From NCBI RefSeq assembly GCF_006345805.1, contig NW_021834783.1:1-64000 (forward strand): a DNA stretch of 64,000 bases. The letters are read 5' to 3'. Of this stretch, positions 24,376 to 36,631 are shown in pieces (within the stretch, counting starts at the first letter, position 1; the number at the start of each line of letters is the position of its first letter). The translations under genes were made by a program, and so were the position numbers. The notes under the pieces are model-generated. The model did not search any database and had not been told where the DNA came from. It was given only the letters and a program-made list of their open reading frames with translations. The DNA comes from Octopus sinensis (Eukaryota).

Positions 24376-25469
24376 AGTTTCTTTAATAGCAGCTACATTG
24401 TCTGGTGTCAGGTAAAAAGAACCCAGTATACTCTGTAAAGTGGTTGGCATTAGGAAGGGCCTCTGGCCGTAGAACCCTCACCTAACAGACAATTTGAGCC
24501 TGGTGCAGCTCTCTGGCTTGCCAGTCCCTGTCAAACCATCCAACCCATGCCAGCATAGAAAACAGACGTTAAATGATAATGATGATATATGATTCACATC
24601 TCATCATTAAGTCTGTTTCTTTTTTGATTCATATTGGTGCTTATGATGTCAAAACACCCCTACCCTATCTCTAACCATCCCTCACTCTCTCTGTACATCC
24701 TTGCAACCTCTGCCCACCCAGCCTCCACCTATTCTTATATAATACAAGTAGCCATGTATCTCCTTTGCAGCAAGACACTGTTCCAGGCTCTTCCTAGCTT
24801 TAAAGTTGCCTCCCCAGCTATTCTAGTCTCATTCAGTTCATGGAGAGCTTAGTCCTGTGAGTGACATGGTGACCTCATTGATGTTGGTGCCACAAAAATG
24901 TATGCTGCATATTCTGTAAAGTGTTTGGTGTTAGAAAAGGGCATCCCGCTGTAAAAAGCATGCCAAAGTCGACATTGGGGCATGGCACAGTTCTCTGACC
25001 TGTTTAGACTATAGTAGAAGACACTTGCCCAAAGTCTTTTGAAATAGGACAGTACCTGGAACCATATGGTTGCAAAGCAAATTTCTTAACAGTACTGCCC
25101 CATGCCAGTCTGTAAAGAAAATGTTTTTGGTTTTTATTTGTTATTTTTTCAATTAATATTCAAAGAATAATAATTTTTTTTAATGTAATGAAAAGAAGGG
25201 AATGCACCTAAAATATAGTCCTCGTTCCTTGATATATATCTGAATATCTATACTAGCGGTCGTTCTCAACTGCGGACCCCAGGGCCACATGTGACCTTCA
25301 AATATCCTTCTAATGGACTCTGACAGTCTTCCCACTATGATTATAATAAATTTTTCTTCAATTCATTTGTGTTTTACATTTTTTGCTGTAAACCCCTTAA
25401 AAAATATTATAGGTTTTGGATCTAGCCTGGATATTAAAAAGGTTGTGAACCACTGTTCCAGATGATTAA

Positions 25470-25683
25470 CCCTTTCGTTACTGTATTTCTGTTGAGATGC
25501 TCTGTGTTTCTTTCAATTACTTTAGATATGACAAAGAATTTAGTAAAATAACTTCGTTTTCATTCAGCTAGTGCTAGGAACATAAACTGTGATTAAGGTT
25601 TGGTGGAAGATTTTAATTCAAAACGTATAAAAACAAGACATTTGTACGCAGAGTCAGATTCAGCCGTGTTGGTAATGAAAGGG
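25470..25683. mobile_element. piggyBac-like MITE (TTAA TSD)
   Basis: TTAA|CCCTTTCGTTAC ... GTAATGAAAGGG|TTAA; further copies at 30176-30906, 54236-54479 and 54503-54725. Confidence 0.8.
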
Positions 25684-25759
25684 TTAAATAAATTTTCTTA
25701 CAGAGAGGATATTAGAATTACTCTGCTTATATGAATTTTCTTTATCTTTTCTTTCTTAG

Positions 25760-26109
25760 AACTTCGACGTCGAGTTGCCGAAGCGGAACACAAGAAGGAA
25801 TTACTAAAGAGGAAGTCTCAGTGCTTTGACCATTTATTGGAGATTAGTAAATCCAAACGACAAGGCCTTCTAGCAGACAGTAGTAGTTTGCTTATGCATT
25901 CTACGTCTCCTAGTCCGGACAGCAGCCAGCTGACTTACCATGAGAACATGAACTCTGTCCATGTAAAAACTCTCTGCGCATCTTCATCTTCAAATTCATC
26001 AGGACATTTTACAATGCATCCTGCAATTTTAGACGGAACCTCTAACAATCAATCTACGAGTAGGACTCGGAGCCCCGTTAGTGTGGAAGAGGCTCGATCA
26101 ACTTCTTAA
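25760..26109 (+). CDS. GMEB1: GMEB-like terminal coding exon
   Basis: ELRRRVAEAEHKKELLKRK... followed by an S-rich tail and TAA; the six exons total 1245 nt = 414 aa + stop. Confidence 0.85.
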
Positions 26110-26829
26110 GTTTTATTGAGAAAAAAAAAAAAACTTATCTTCACAATGGCTTATTTTATATGCAAAGCATTCCCTGGTTGTATTCTTATGTAAATATGTA
26201 TTTTTTAAGCTTCTTCAAAGTTAATGATTATTATTATTATTATTATTACAGCACAGAAAAAGACAAAAATAATTGATTGGCACATGGAAAATGGGGGTTT
26301 ATTTTGTGTAAAAAACTTTAAAAAAAAAAGGCAGCAATTTGAAAAATGACCCAAAATAAAACAATCAAAGTGAAATTTGTTAAAACCGTCTCAAATTTTA
26401 GATATTAATATTTTGGAGGCGTGTCTCATAATTCTTGCTAATTCATTGCAGAAACCACACCAATTGTAATGGAATTTACAATTACAGTTGTTCACCAGCT
26501 GTGATGTCCCTGGAAGGGAACTTTAAAAATATATAAACAGCTTACAATGCAAACACCAATACAAGTGTTGTTTCACTGCTTTTGGTACCCACCGTTTCGA
26601 TATTTCTGTTCACCAAGACCCCTAATTGATCCACAAATCAGGCATTTATTTTTCTATGTTCAAGCTCTACACTCGATTCATAAATTAGTTATTTATTTTT
26701 TTATCTCTTTCCAAAAAGACAACAGGAAACAATAACAACTTTTTTTTAACAAAAACCAACAAACAAAACCAGATTTTTAAAGCTGGATAGAAAAATATAC
26801 TAGGAATTTTATTAGAAATCAAGATTTGT

Positions 26830-27141
26830 ACCTTTCTTTTATTCTTTTATTTGTTTCAGTCATTTGACTGTGGCCATGCTGGAGCACCACCTTTAGTCGA
26901 GCGAATCGACCCCAGGACTTATTCTTTCTAAGCCCAGTACTTATTCTATTGGTCTCTCTTGCCGAACCGTGAAGTGACGGGGACGTAAACACACCAGCAT
27001 TGGTTGTCAAGCGATGTTGGTGGGAGACAAACATATATATATATTATATATATATATATATTATATATATATGTATATATATATATATATATGTATTATA
27101 TATATATATATGTATATATATGTATATATATATATATATAT

Positions 27142-27233
<92 letters not shown>

Positions 27234-27317
27234 ATATATATGTATATATATATATATATATATATGTGTATATATATATATAATATATATATGTGTATAT
27301 ATATATATATATATGTG

Positions 27318-27357
<40 letters not shown>

Positions 27358-27362
27358 TATAG

Positions 27363-27396
<34 letters not shown>

Positions 27397-27560
27397 GTGG
27401 GCTTCTTTCAGTTTCCGTCTACCAAATCCACTCACAAGGCTTTGGTCGGCCCAAGGCTATAGTAAAAGACACTTGTCCAAGGTGCCACGCAGTGGGACTG
27501 AACCTGGAACCATGTGGTTGGTAAGTAAGCCACTTACCACACAGCCGCTCCTGCGCCTCC
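26830..27560 (-). mobile_element. Full-length CORE-type (OR2-like) tRNA SINE with a greatly expanded internal (TA)n
   Basis: Same head, CCTTGG(G)CAAGTG core and tail as copies at 35545-35935, 42905-43300 and 56610-56995. Confidence 0.85.
27033..27396. repeat. Imperfect (TA)n microsatellite, about 360 bp
   Basis: Direct reading; source of the spurious IYIY ORFs. Confidence 0.98.
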
Positions 27561-27967
27561 GTACCATAAACATTTATTTTCAATGTTTATAAAAGTATTT
27601 AAAAATCTAGTGAATATTTGACAGAATGTCAGAGACAATGATTTAAAATAAATCAAAGTATTGATTTTTAGCAGATTTTTTATCTATTTAAATAGATATT
27701 TAAATTTTCTTTCTAATTAAACATGAAGTAGGCTTAATAAATTGGAATTTTTAAGTTGGTATCCTCTGAGAATTTTTATGTAATTAAGCAGTTCACCTTA
27801 ACGAATGAACTTGTTAATTTAGGATGACAGGATTTCAAAGAAAAATTATTTCCTAAATTGATTCATATTTCATCCCTTTCTAAATTATTGGGTAACTTCA
27901 TTCGAAGTCACTATTCACTTCACTCATTACATCATTTATTAATTTTAAGAGAGACATTTACTTGAAC

Positions 27968-28029
<62 letters not shown>

Positions 28030-29006
28030 CGACTGGCAAATGTTTGTTGACACAAATGAAATAACTTAATTTCTGAAATAAATTGAATCTCAGTATCACT
28101 TGCTATCCATTTAATCTTTCCAGCACTCAGTAAGAATAACATTTTCATGGAAATTTCCGATGTTATGTTAATACTCATAGCATTTCTTTCAGCAATTTCA
28201 CTTTCTTTTAATAATAGCCCAGTGAGATCTTTTATCTTTTACTTGTTTCAGTCAAGTCTGGCCATGAAGAATTTTCCAGTCAAATGAATTGGACCCCACC
28301 ACTTGTTTTGTTTTAGAGCCTAGTACTTATTCTATTGTTCTCTTTTGCCGAACCACTAAGTTACAGGGACATAAACACACCAACATCAGTTGTCAATTGG
28401 TAGTGGCGACAAAAACACACACAAGCACAATATATCTGGTACATACACACATATATATATAGTTATGTGTTTGTGTCTGTCTGTCCTTCACTCACTACTT
28501 GATAACCAGTGTTGGTTTGTTTATATCACCATAACTTAGTGATTCAGAAAAAAGGTTCATAGAATAAGTACTAGGCTTATCATGTGTGCGTGCGTGTCTG
28601 TTTGTCCCCCACCCCTGCATGACAACTGGTATTGGGGTGTTTACGCATCCCAGAACTTAACAGTTCGGCAAAAGAGACTGATAGAATAAATACCAAGTTT
28701 TTAAAAAATAGGTACCAGGGTCAATTCACTTAACTAAAATTCTTTAAGGTGGTTGCCCCAGCATGGCCACAGTTGTAATGACTGAAACAAGGGAAAGATA
28801 TAAAATGACTGAGTTACTTTTTGAAAATATGTCTTCACATAGAGCAAATGAATCATCATTTAACGTCTGTATTCCATGCTGGCATGGGTTAGACAGTTTG
28901 ACAGGATCCAGTGTGTCCAAGGACTGTATCATTCATTTTTTACTTGTTTTAGTCACTAGACACACTGTCATTAATATATACATACATATATATATATATA
29001 TATATA

Positions 29007-29243
29007 TTTAGCAAAGAAATAACCTAAAAGATAGTGGTTTTAGCAAAGAAATAACCTATACACCTGTCACTAGCCCAAAGATCATCTGGTTCACACCTCC
29101 CTACTCACCCGAGGTGACCTTCAATATAGGCAAATATTTCTTAGCACTGATAGATAGACATTTTCCAGTCAACCATACTTACAGGAAGCTCTTCAGTAAA
29201 CACAACTTTAAACCACCATCTTTTAGGTTATTTCTTCACTAAA
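29007..29243 (+). mobile_element. Penelope-like fragment bracketed by 34-bp inverted repeats
   Basis: KIIWFTPPYSPEVTFNIGKYFLALIDRHFPVNHTYRKLFSKHN resembles the PLE IIWFNPPY...NIG..F..LIDKHF motif; IR at 29007-29040 and 29210-29243. Confidence 0.75.
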
Positions 29244-29302
29244 ACCTGTATGCGGGTATGTATGTAAAACGGTCTTTTTCCATAGCTTTTTGCCGATGGC
29301 CG

Positions 29303-29363
29303 GATAACTGAAGAGATGGTGGTGTGGATTTCCACCTCAGCATCCGAAACTCAGAGTTTTATC
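29303..29363 (+). ncRNA. Type I hammerhead ribozyme-like motif A
   Basis: GATAA-CTGAAGA-helix II (GATG/CATC)-CGAAA-CTCAGAG-TT-TTATC. Confidence 0.6.
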
Positions 29364-29671
29364 TTGGCTACCGAATATTTGTCACATATTATATTATATG
29401 TGTGTGTGTGTGTGTGTACTTAAAAGTTTACAGATTTTTGATTGAATTTAGAGCCAGAACTGAAAGTTATGATGTTTTGTATACAAATACATCTATGTGA
29501 GCAATGTGATTGAAGTTAGAAAAATAGGTATTGGGTGTAGATGCACATTTCAGAAGTTATTGCTCCTTCTTCAGTGTTTAATATATAAATTGTTCTATCC
29601 AATAGTGTTATACCGCTAAACTTGGTGGGTATTTTAGCAATGTATTCATGGATAGTTAATGGGTTGCATGT

Positions 29672-29716
29672 GGTGCTGACGAGGGAACAATAACTCTTGA
29701 AACATGCATGTCTGCC
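29672..29716 (+). ncRNA. Type I hammerhead ribozyme-like motif B (palindromic helix III, dimer type)
   Basis: GGTG-CTGACGA-GGGA..TCTT-GAAA-CATGCATG-TC-TGCC; helices I and II depend on G-U pairs. Confidence 0.6.
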
Positions 29717-29999
29717 CTTAACCCATTTTTCTGTCTTTGATCACATTGTTTACATAGATGTCTTCATATATAAAATGTTGTAACTTTCAATGCTGGCTCT
29801 GGGTTGTATACAAAATCTGGAGAGAGAAAATTAAAAATGAAAACAATGCACTGCTAACACAAAAGCAGGACATAATATTGACTTATAAACCCTTAATGTA
29901 TTTGCTAGCATCCAATAGTTGCAAAACAAAACACTGTGTCCTTACTAGCAATAAACACACAAACACACACACACACACATATATATATACATATATATA

Positions 30000-30959
30000 C
30001 AGGGTTGGCCAAAAGTTACCTGACAGTAAACTAAAAGCATTTAATTCCAAGATTAAAACAAAAAAAATATTTTATATGAGACTAAGAAATAGACAAATGT
30101 TGGAGGAAAAGAAAAAACAGTGATTTTAACTCACAGCATTCATAATTGGAATGAATAAATAAGATTGAATATTAACTCTTCTGATACCAACCTGGCTGAA
30201 ACTGGCTCTGGCTCTGTAGTACAGATGTCTTGTTTTCATAAGTTCTGAATTAAAATCTTCCACCAAACCTTAGTCACAATTTATGTTCCTAGCACTAGCT
30301 GAATGATAACTAAATTATTTGTTATCATCATCATCGTTTAGCATCCGCTTTCCATGCTAGCATGGGTTGGATGGTTCAACTGGGGTCTGGGAAACCAGAA
30401 GGCTGCACCAGGCCCAGTTTGATCTGGCAATGTTTCTACGGCTGGATGCCCTTCCTAACACCAACCACTTCGTGAGTGTAGTGGGTGCTTTTTACGTGCC
30501 ACCGGCGCAGGTGCCAGACGAGTCTGGCAAACGGCCATGATCGGATGGTGCTTTTTATGTGCCACCAGCACGGGGGCCAGGCGAGGCTGGCAATGGCCAC
30601 GAACGGATGGTGCTTTTTACGTGCCACCGGCACAAGGACAGTCAGGGCGGCGCTGGCAACGGCCACGAACGGATGGTGCTTTTTACGTGCCAGTCGGGGC
30701 GGCGCTGGCAATGGCCACGTTCGGATGGTTCTCTTACGTGCCACCGGCACTGGTAACTCAGCTGCAATTTCCATTGATCGATTTCGATTCTGATTCTCAC
30801 TTGCCTCAACAGGTCTTCACAAGTAGAGTTTTGTGTCCCAAGAAGGGAAGGTATGCATTGTTATATTTATAATTAATTAAAAGAAACACAGAGAATCTCA
30901 ACAGGGTTAAGTATTCATGGAATTTTGATTTACTGTCTGGTTACTTTTGGCCAACCCTG
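30000..30959. mobile_element. Tc1/mariner MITE hosting a piggyBac-like MITE that hosts an RTE 3' fragment
   Basis: TA|CAGGGTTGGCCAAAAGT ... ACTTTTGGCCAACCCTG|TA; inner TTAA element at 30176-30906; innermost element at about 30325-30850 (minus). Confidence 0.85.
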
Positions 30960-31566
30960 TATTTATTTTTATTTATATATATATATATATATAACTCCAA
31001 GAAAGTTAGAGGCTGTGAATCCAACCCACTAAGGGATAATATCTATCCAATATACTGCTGGTAGAATACCCAGTTATTAATACACAAGTGTTTTTTATTG
31101 CATTGCAATTACATTACCGAGTGTACTAAATGGGTGAAGATAAAGAGATATTTTACCATTAATTTATAAAGCAATAAGAAAATGGAGGGGATCAATAGGT
31201 GGTTCATCAACTTTTAGACATTATATTATGTCAATTTATTTATTTATTTACTAAACTGATAATTACAATAATATACATACATATAACATTATGCTTTACA
31301 TATATATATATACTCTTTATCTTATATTAAACTTTTTAATACTTTTTGATAATTATATTTATTAAAAAAAAATAAAATTAAAAAAATAATAATAATAAAA
31401 ATAATATATATATATATATATAAGTATAAATCAATAATTTAAATAATTTTTAAAACTTTAACTTTAAATAATTTAAATTTTGAACATTATATTAATTATT
31501 TTTATTTCTGTGTATTGGTTTATGTTTTTCACTGTTTGATTTGCCTAATAGTGGTTTTATCTCTAA

Positions 31567-31953
31567 CTAGCAGTATCGCCCGGCGTTGCTCGGGTTTGTA
31601 AGGGAAATAACTATAAAGCACTTTTAGAGAGTTATAGCCAAAAAATAGCAAAAAAAATTGGGAAAAAAATTATGGTAAATTTTTTTTTGATAGTTAAAAA
31701 GGCCGAGTTGCGTCCCCTACACCATCTGCGGTTTGTGTTTCTGATTGTCGACCCCATGTCGAATTTATCGATCTTTTTCTGAACTGGGGAAACTTTTCAA
31801 AATTTTCGCTGAGTTAGTTTTGAATTATGACATTGGGCTATGTGTGTGTCAAGTTTCATCAGAATCGGTTGAAAGCCGTGGTCAGAGTGAGGGTACAAAC
31901 AAACAGACACACAGAAACACGCACAGACAAACTGCCGTTTATATAGAGAGAGA
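31567..31953 (-). mobile_element. Non-autonomous Helitron
   Basis: a|TCTCTCTATATAAA start, hairpin, CTAG|t end; 3' end shared with the 21242 copy. Confidence 0.8.
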
Positions 31954-32634
31954 TTTAAAAAATATATATATATATATAATGGATTTTCCTGTTGAAGATG
32001 ACTTATGAGTGTAGTGTTCAGCTGTGTGCTGAATGACCTGCACCAAAGGGTTTGTTTATTGTGGTCAAATGTATGAGCTGTCCATCAGCTCACTCCCTAC
32101 ATCAAATCAATTTAGCCTGAACAGGTGCATGGTGTACCACGCACCAGGTGTTGAAGTGATCACAGAGCAGAGTGAGACGAAGTGAACACAACCCACCGCC
32201 TGGTCTAGGAACTGAAACCATGATCTTGAGATTGTGAGCACAACACTCTAACCACTAGGCACCCATGCACCTTTACATATATGTGTGTGTGTGTGTGTGT
32301 TACTGCTGGTAGGGACACAGTATTTTGTTTTGCAACCATAATATACAACCAAATATATTAAAGGTTTATCAGTCAATACTGTAATTTACAGAGAGAGAGA
32401 GAGAGAGGTAATGGTGTCAGTAAGACCCAAAGGGGTCAGGTAATGCTGAGTAAGGGCTATGGACAGACCATAGTTAGGCTCCAGGTTTGGTCATTGTGCG
32501 AATAAGGAGTCCAACGTAGGTCATATATCAGCATGTGTGTATATAAAAATCGTTTTTTTCAGAATGAGATAAAAAACCAAGGCTGTGAAGATTTTAGAAC
32601 ATTTATAAATAGGATAGATACACACATATATATT

Positions 32635-33496
32635 CATGGTCAGATCAATAAGTATTCAGACTGTTGCCATAGTAACGAAGCTAAAGCACCGCAGAATGAA
32701 GCCGTTTGGCACAGATTGACCTTCGACTCTGCTGGTGCATGTGCACTAACTTTTAACATTCTAGCTCACTTCTGCTGTTTACAGCAGTGCTTGGAAGGAA
32801 GGTGTGTAGCGTGGGATCATTGAATTGACCATGACAGAAAGTTGAGCAGAGAATCTGCATCAAATTCTGACAAAAGCTTGACAATATCTGCTCAGAGGTC
32901 TGTGCAAAGTTTTCAAAAAGTTTTCCTCATTCTTGACACAATCGAGATCTTGTCCAACTGAAACCCGAGTGTCTTTTTGGTCAGCTGAAAGCAGTTTTGG
33001 CACAAACTTTGCAAACACATGTCTCATACCTAAATCTTGATTGATAATGAACTGAACTGAACCGTCACTAATCTGCACATCCTCTGATGACTCATGGATG
33101 GTGATTCAACAATTTCCCCTCACAACTGCATTCACATCTGTGATGTTTTTCTCTGTTCTGCTGGTTGTGGGTCTCCCAGAATGTTCATCAATATTGACAT
33201 TTTTTCGGCCTTCTTGGAAATGTCCAAACCACTCGTACACTTGTGTGCAACTTTGTACAGACCTCTGAGCACGTATCGCCATGACAACTTTCTCTGTCAT
33301 GGTCAATGCAACGATCAAACGCTACACACCTTCCTTCAAAGCACTGCTGTAAACAGAAGAAATGAGCTAGAACATTAAAACTTAGTGTGCGCATGCACAA
33401 CAGAGTGCAAGGTCAATCTTTGCCAAGCAGATCCACTCTGTGTGCTTTAGCTTTGTTTCCATGGCAACAGTCTGGATACTTATTGATCAGACCTCG
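32635..33496. mobile_element. Defective mariner made of two left ends in inverted orientation
   Basis: TIR-like ends; minus-strand QVYEWFGHFQEGRKNVNIDEHSGRP HTH motif; about 250 bp of the 5' leader is present at both ends. Confidence 0.8.
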
Positions 33497-33600
33497 TATT
33501 TATCTTTGTATGTGGATATGATGTGTATGTTTACCTATATATATATAAAATATACTACAAATATAGGATCTCTTCAGATTAAAATCTCACAGATTAAAAA

Positions 33601-34380
33601 TTTTTTTAACTAAACAGTTTTAAGCTTTGTATGCTGGTTTGATTTCTCACACTGAACATGGTTTGCTTTCAACATTTGTGACAAAATTTCACATTGTAGA
33701 AGTTATTTCGTGTTAAAGTTGTCTTATTTGGGTTATTTTAACCAATCAACAACTGAAGAAAACCTCTGCTGTTTGTGACTGTAATCAAAGAACAACAACT
33801 TTTGAGTCGTCTCTACTAAATGTCACCAACTCTGTTCTATTTTATTCTTGTTTATTGTTTGTGTTGCATATTACAGGCCTTTTTTTTTTTTGCTTTTTGA
33901 TTTTGTCCAACCCATGGAAAGCGGACGTTAAACAATGATGATGATGATTGCCTCTTTCTATGTGTGGTGAAAATGTAAATGTACAAAGAGGCGATTGAAA
34001 AGCAAACAAAACGTGTAGTATGCAACACAGGCAGTAAACAAAAATAAAATGCAACAGATGGTGAAAATAATCGCAAAATTAACTGGCAAATGTACAAGGA
34101 GGCGATCGCAAAAAAACACAAAGGGTGTGATATGCAACACAGGCAGGAAACAAGTGGTGACATTTAGTAGAGATGACCTGCAAGGTGTTGTTCTTTGATT
34201 ACTATTGCAAACAGCAGTAGTTTTCTTCAGCTGAATACATGTCGTTGATTGGTTAAAATTACCCAAATATGACAACTTCTAAAATATGAAATTTTGTCAA
34301 AAATGTTGAAAGTAAACCGTGTTCAGCATGAGAAATTACACCAGTATACAAAGTTTCAAACCGTTTAGTTAAAAAAAAAA
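33601..34380. repeat. Fold-back element with about 230-bp degenerate inverted arms
   Basis: 33601-33830 is approximately the reverse complement of 34153-34380. Confidence 0.7.
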
Positions 34381-34393
34381 AAAATCGATCACT

Positions 34394-34490
34394 CCAAGTA
34401 TAGAGTTTGTACACAGTGTTATTGAATTGAGGATTTTATTTAAATAAAACCCTCAATTCAATAACATTGTATACAAACTCTTATACTTGG
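34394..34490. repeat. Near-perfect 97-bp palindrome
   Basis: CCAAGTATAGAGTTTGT...ACAAACTCTTATACTTGG. Confidence 0.85.
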
Positions 34491-34624
34491 AATGACCAAT
34501 TTTAAATACTATTGGAACTTACAAGGTATTGGAATCTTATATGTATACCATTCTGCCTAAAAAATGGATTTACAGGTGTGAGTGAAACTAAAGAGATCCT
34601 AAATATAATTTTTTCTTTGTTGTT

Positions 34625-35265
34625 TCAGCTCAGAGCTGTGGCCATGCTGGAGCACCACCGTTTTATTACACTGTTATTACTGAGAGCTTTCTCTAATATT
34701 TGGCATTTGGTGAAGAATGGAGTTTGATGTAGATAGCCTCATTTGCACCTCTTGCCGTGAGGTAGGTTCATCTGGGACTCTCGACAGGAAGAGGTCCAGC
34801 TTTGATTTTAAAATGCCTACATCTGCTTTGTGCAGGTTCCTCAGACTCTTTGGGAGAATATTAAAAAGCTGTGGGTCCCTGAAACCCAGGCTGTTGCAGT
34901 AACTGGTCCTGAAGCGCGATGGCATTGCTGGGATCTTTGGCACCGTGCAGTGTCAACCTGTTCTGGCATTGGTGTAACTTTCAATACCAAAATTTGGCAC
35001 AAATCCTTCCAGATGTATATTACTGCATACCTCTCCTACCTTTGCTCCGAAGAGTAGAGTCTTAGCTGTTTCAGCCTTTCCTAGTAGCTGAGCTGTTGCA
35101 AAGAGACAATCTTTTTTGTGAAGCTTCACTGGATTGCTTCAAGGTCCGCTGTTAACTTTACATTGTTAGGTGACCATAGGTGGGAGAAATAATCCAGGTG
35201 GCTGATGACGAATGTCCTCCAGAGGACCATCATGGTTTCCTTATTTCTGGTTCTGAATGTAATAT
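34625..35265 (-). mobile_element. CR1-clade LINE 3' fragment
   Basis: RTRNKETMVVLWRTFVISHLDY...RYAVIYIWK...QLFNILPKSLR; same family as the 23 kb copy. Confidence 0.85.
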
Positions 35266-36631
35266 AAGATAAGATAATATAACCAATTTTCACAAATTTA
35301 ACCAGATAAAGCCAATAATTTGTTTTGACTTATATACATTATTTGATTTATAAACAATTCATATCTATGTATACATGTTTCTTCAGACCCTTGGTTCCAA
35401 AAGACAGACGAAATTCCATGTAAAAGGACTGCTAAATTGTAAAATAATACTGATTCAAAATACCTATGTTTAGGGGCGTGAGTGTTAACAATTCTAAACA
35501 TAAATACAACAAAAAAACAAAATTCAAATGGATAAATTAATTCTTTCATTCATTTACTTGTTTCAGTCATTTGACTGTGACCATGCTGGAGCACCGCCTT
35601 TAGTCAAGCAAATCAACCCCAGAGCTTATTCTTTGTAAGCTTAGTACTTATTCTATTGGTCTCTTTTGCCAAATTGCTAAGTTACGGGGACATAAACATA
35701 CCATCGGTTGTTAAGCAATGTTGGGGAGACAAACACAGACACAAACATATACACACTCACACATATATATACACATATACAACTGGCTTCTTCCAGATTC
35801 CATCTACCAAATCCACTCACAAGGCTTTGGTAGACCCGATGCCATAGTAGAAGACACCTGCCCGAGGTGCCATACAGTGGGGCTATGACCATGTGGTTGG
35901 TAAGCAAGCTACTTACCACACAGCCACTCCTGCATCTAACTGAGTAAAGAAAATTTATAACAGTCAAAAATGTTATAGATCTCCAATAAATGTATTTAAA
36001 TCGAAAGGCATCACAGCCATTTTAATGATATATAATAATAATATGTAAACATATTAGCAAATAAAGTATCAATGTTTTACTTAGTTTTATTGATGGATTA
36101 ATCGTGTAGATCCATCATCATCATTGTTTAATGTCCGCTTTCCATGCTAGCATGAGTTGGATGAATTGACTGAGGACTGGCGAACCAGATGGCTGCACCT
36201 GGCTCCTATCTGATCTGGTAGATGGATGCCCTTCCTAACGCCAACCACTCCGAGAATGTAGTGGGTGCTTTTACATGCCACTGGCACAAGGGCCAGTCAG
36301 GTGGTACTGGCAATGGCCATGCTCAAATGGTGTTTTTTTATGTGCCACCTGCACAGGAGCCAGTCCAGCGGCACATTATCTAGGATGCAGTGTTTTTTTT
36401 TTTATTCATTTATTTTCCAAATTTGAATGTGATGCAGTCACAGCCCTGTTGTTAAGAAGTTTGGTCCACAATCACAAAGTTCTGGGTTTAGTCTCATCAG
36501 TTGGTACATTGGACAAATACTTTTTTCAGGAAACCTTGGGTCAGTCCCTTGTGAGTCTACTTCGGTGGGTGGAAACTGTGTAGAGCCAATCAAATAATGT
36601 ATTTTAATTACTATATTACAATGGGTGTAGT

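Noticed and set aside
27000-27435. ORFs rich in I/Y or C/V/M (also 40732-41142, 41406-41621, 42719-42964)
   Set aside because: These are translations of (TA)n, (CA)n and (TGTA)n microsatellites.
28080-28200. Possible hAT dimerisation-domain remnant (ERLNG)
   Set aside because: Only five residues match and frameshifts are needed.
30480-30760. CRISPR-like array of constant repeats with variable spacers
   Set aside because: The spacers are homologous to each other, the unit is part of a dispersed eukaryotic retroelement tail, and there are no cas genes.
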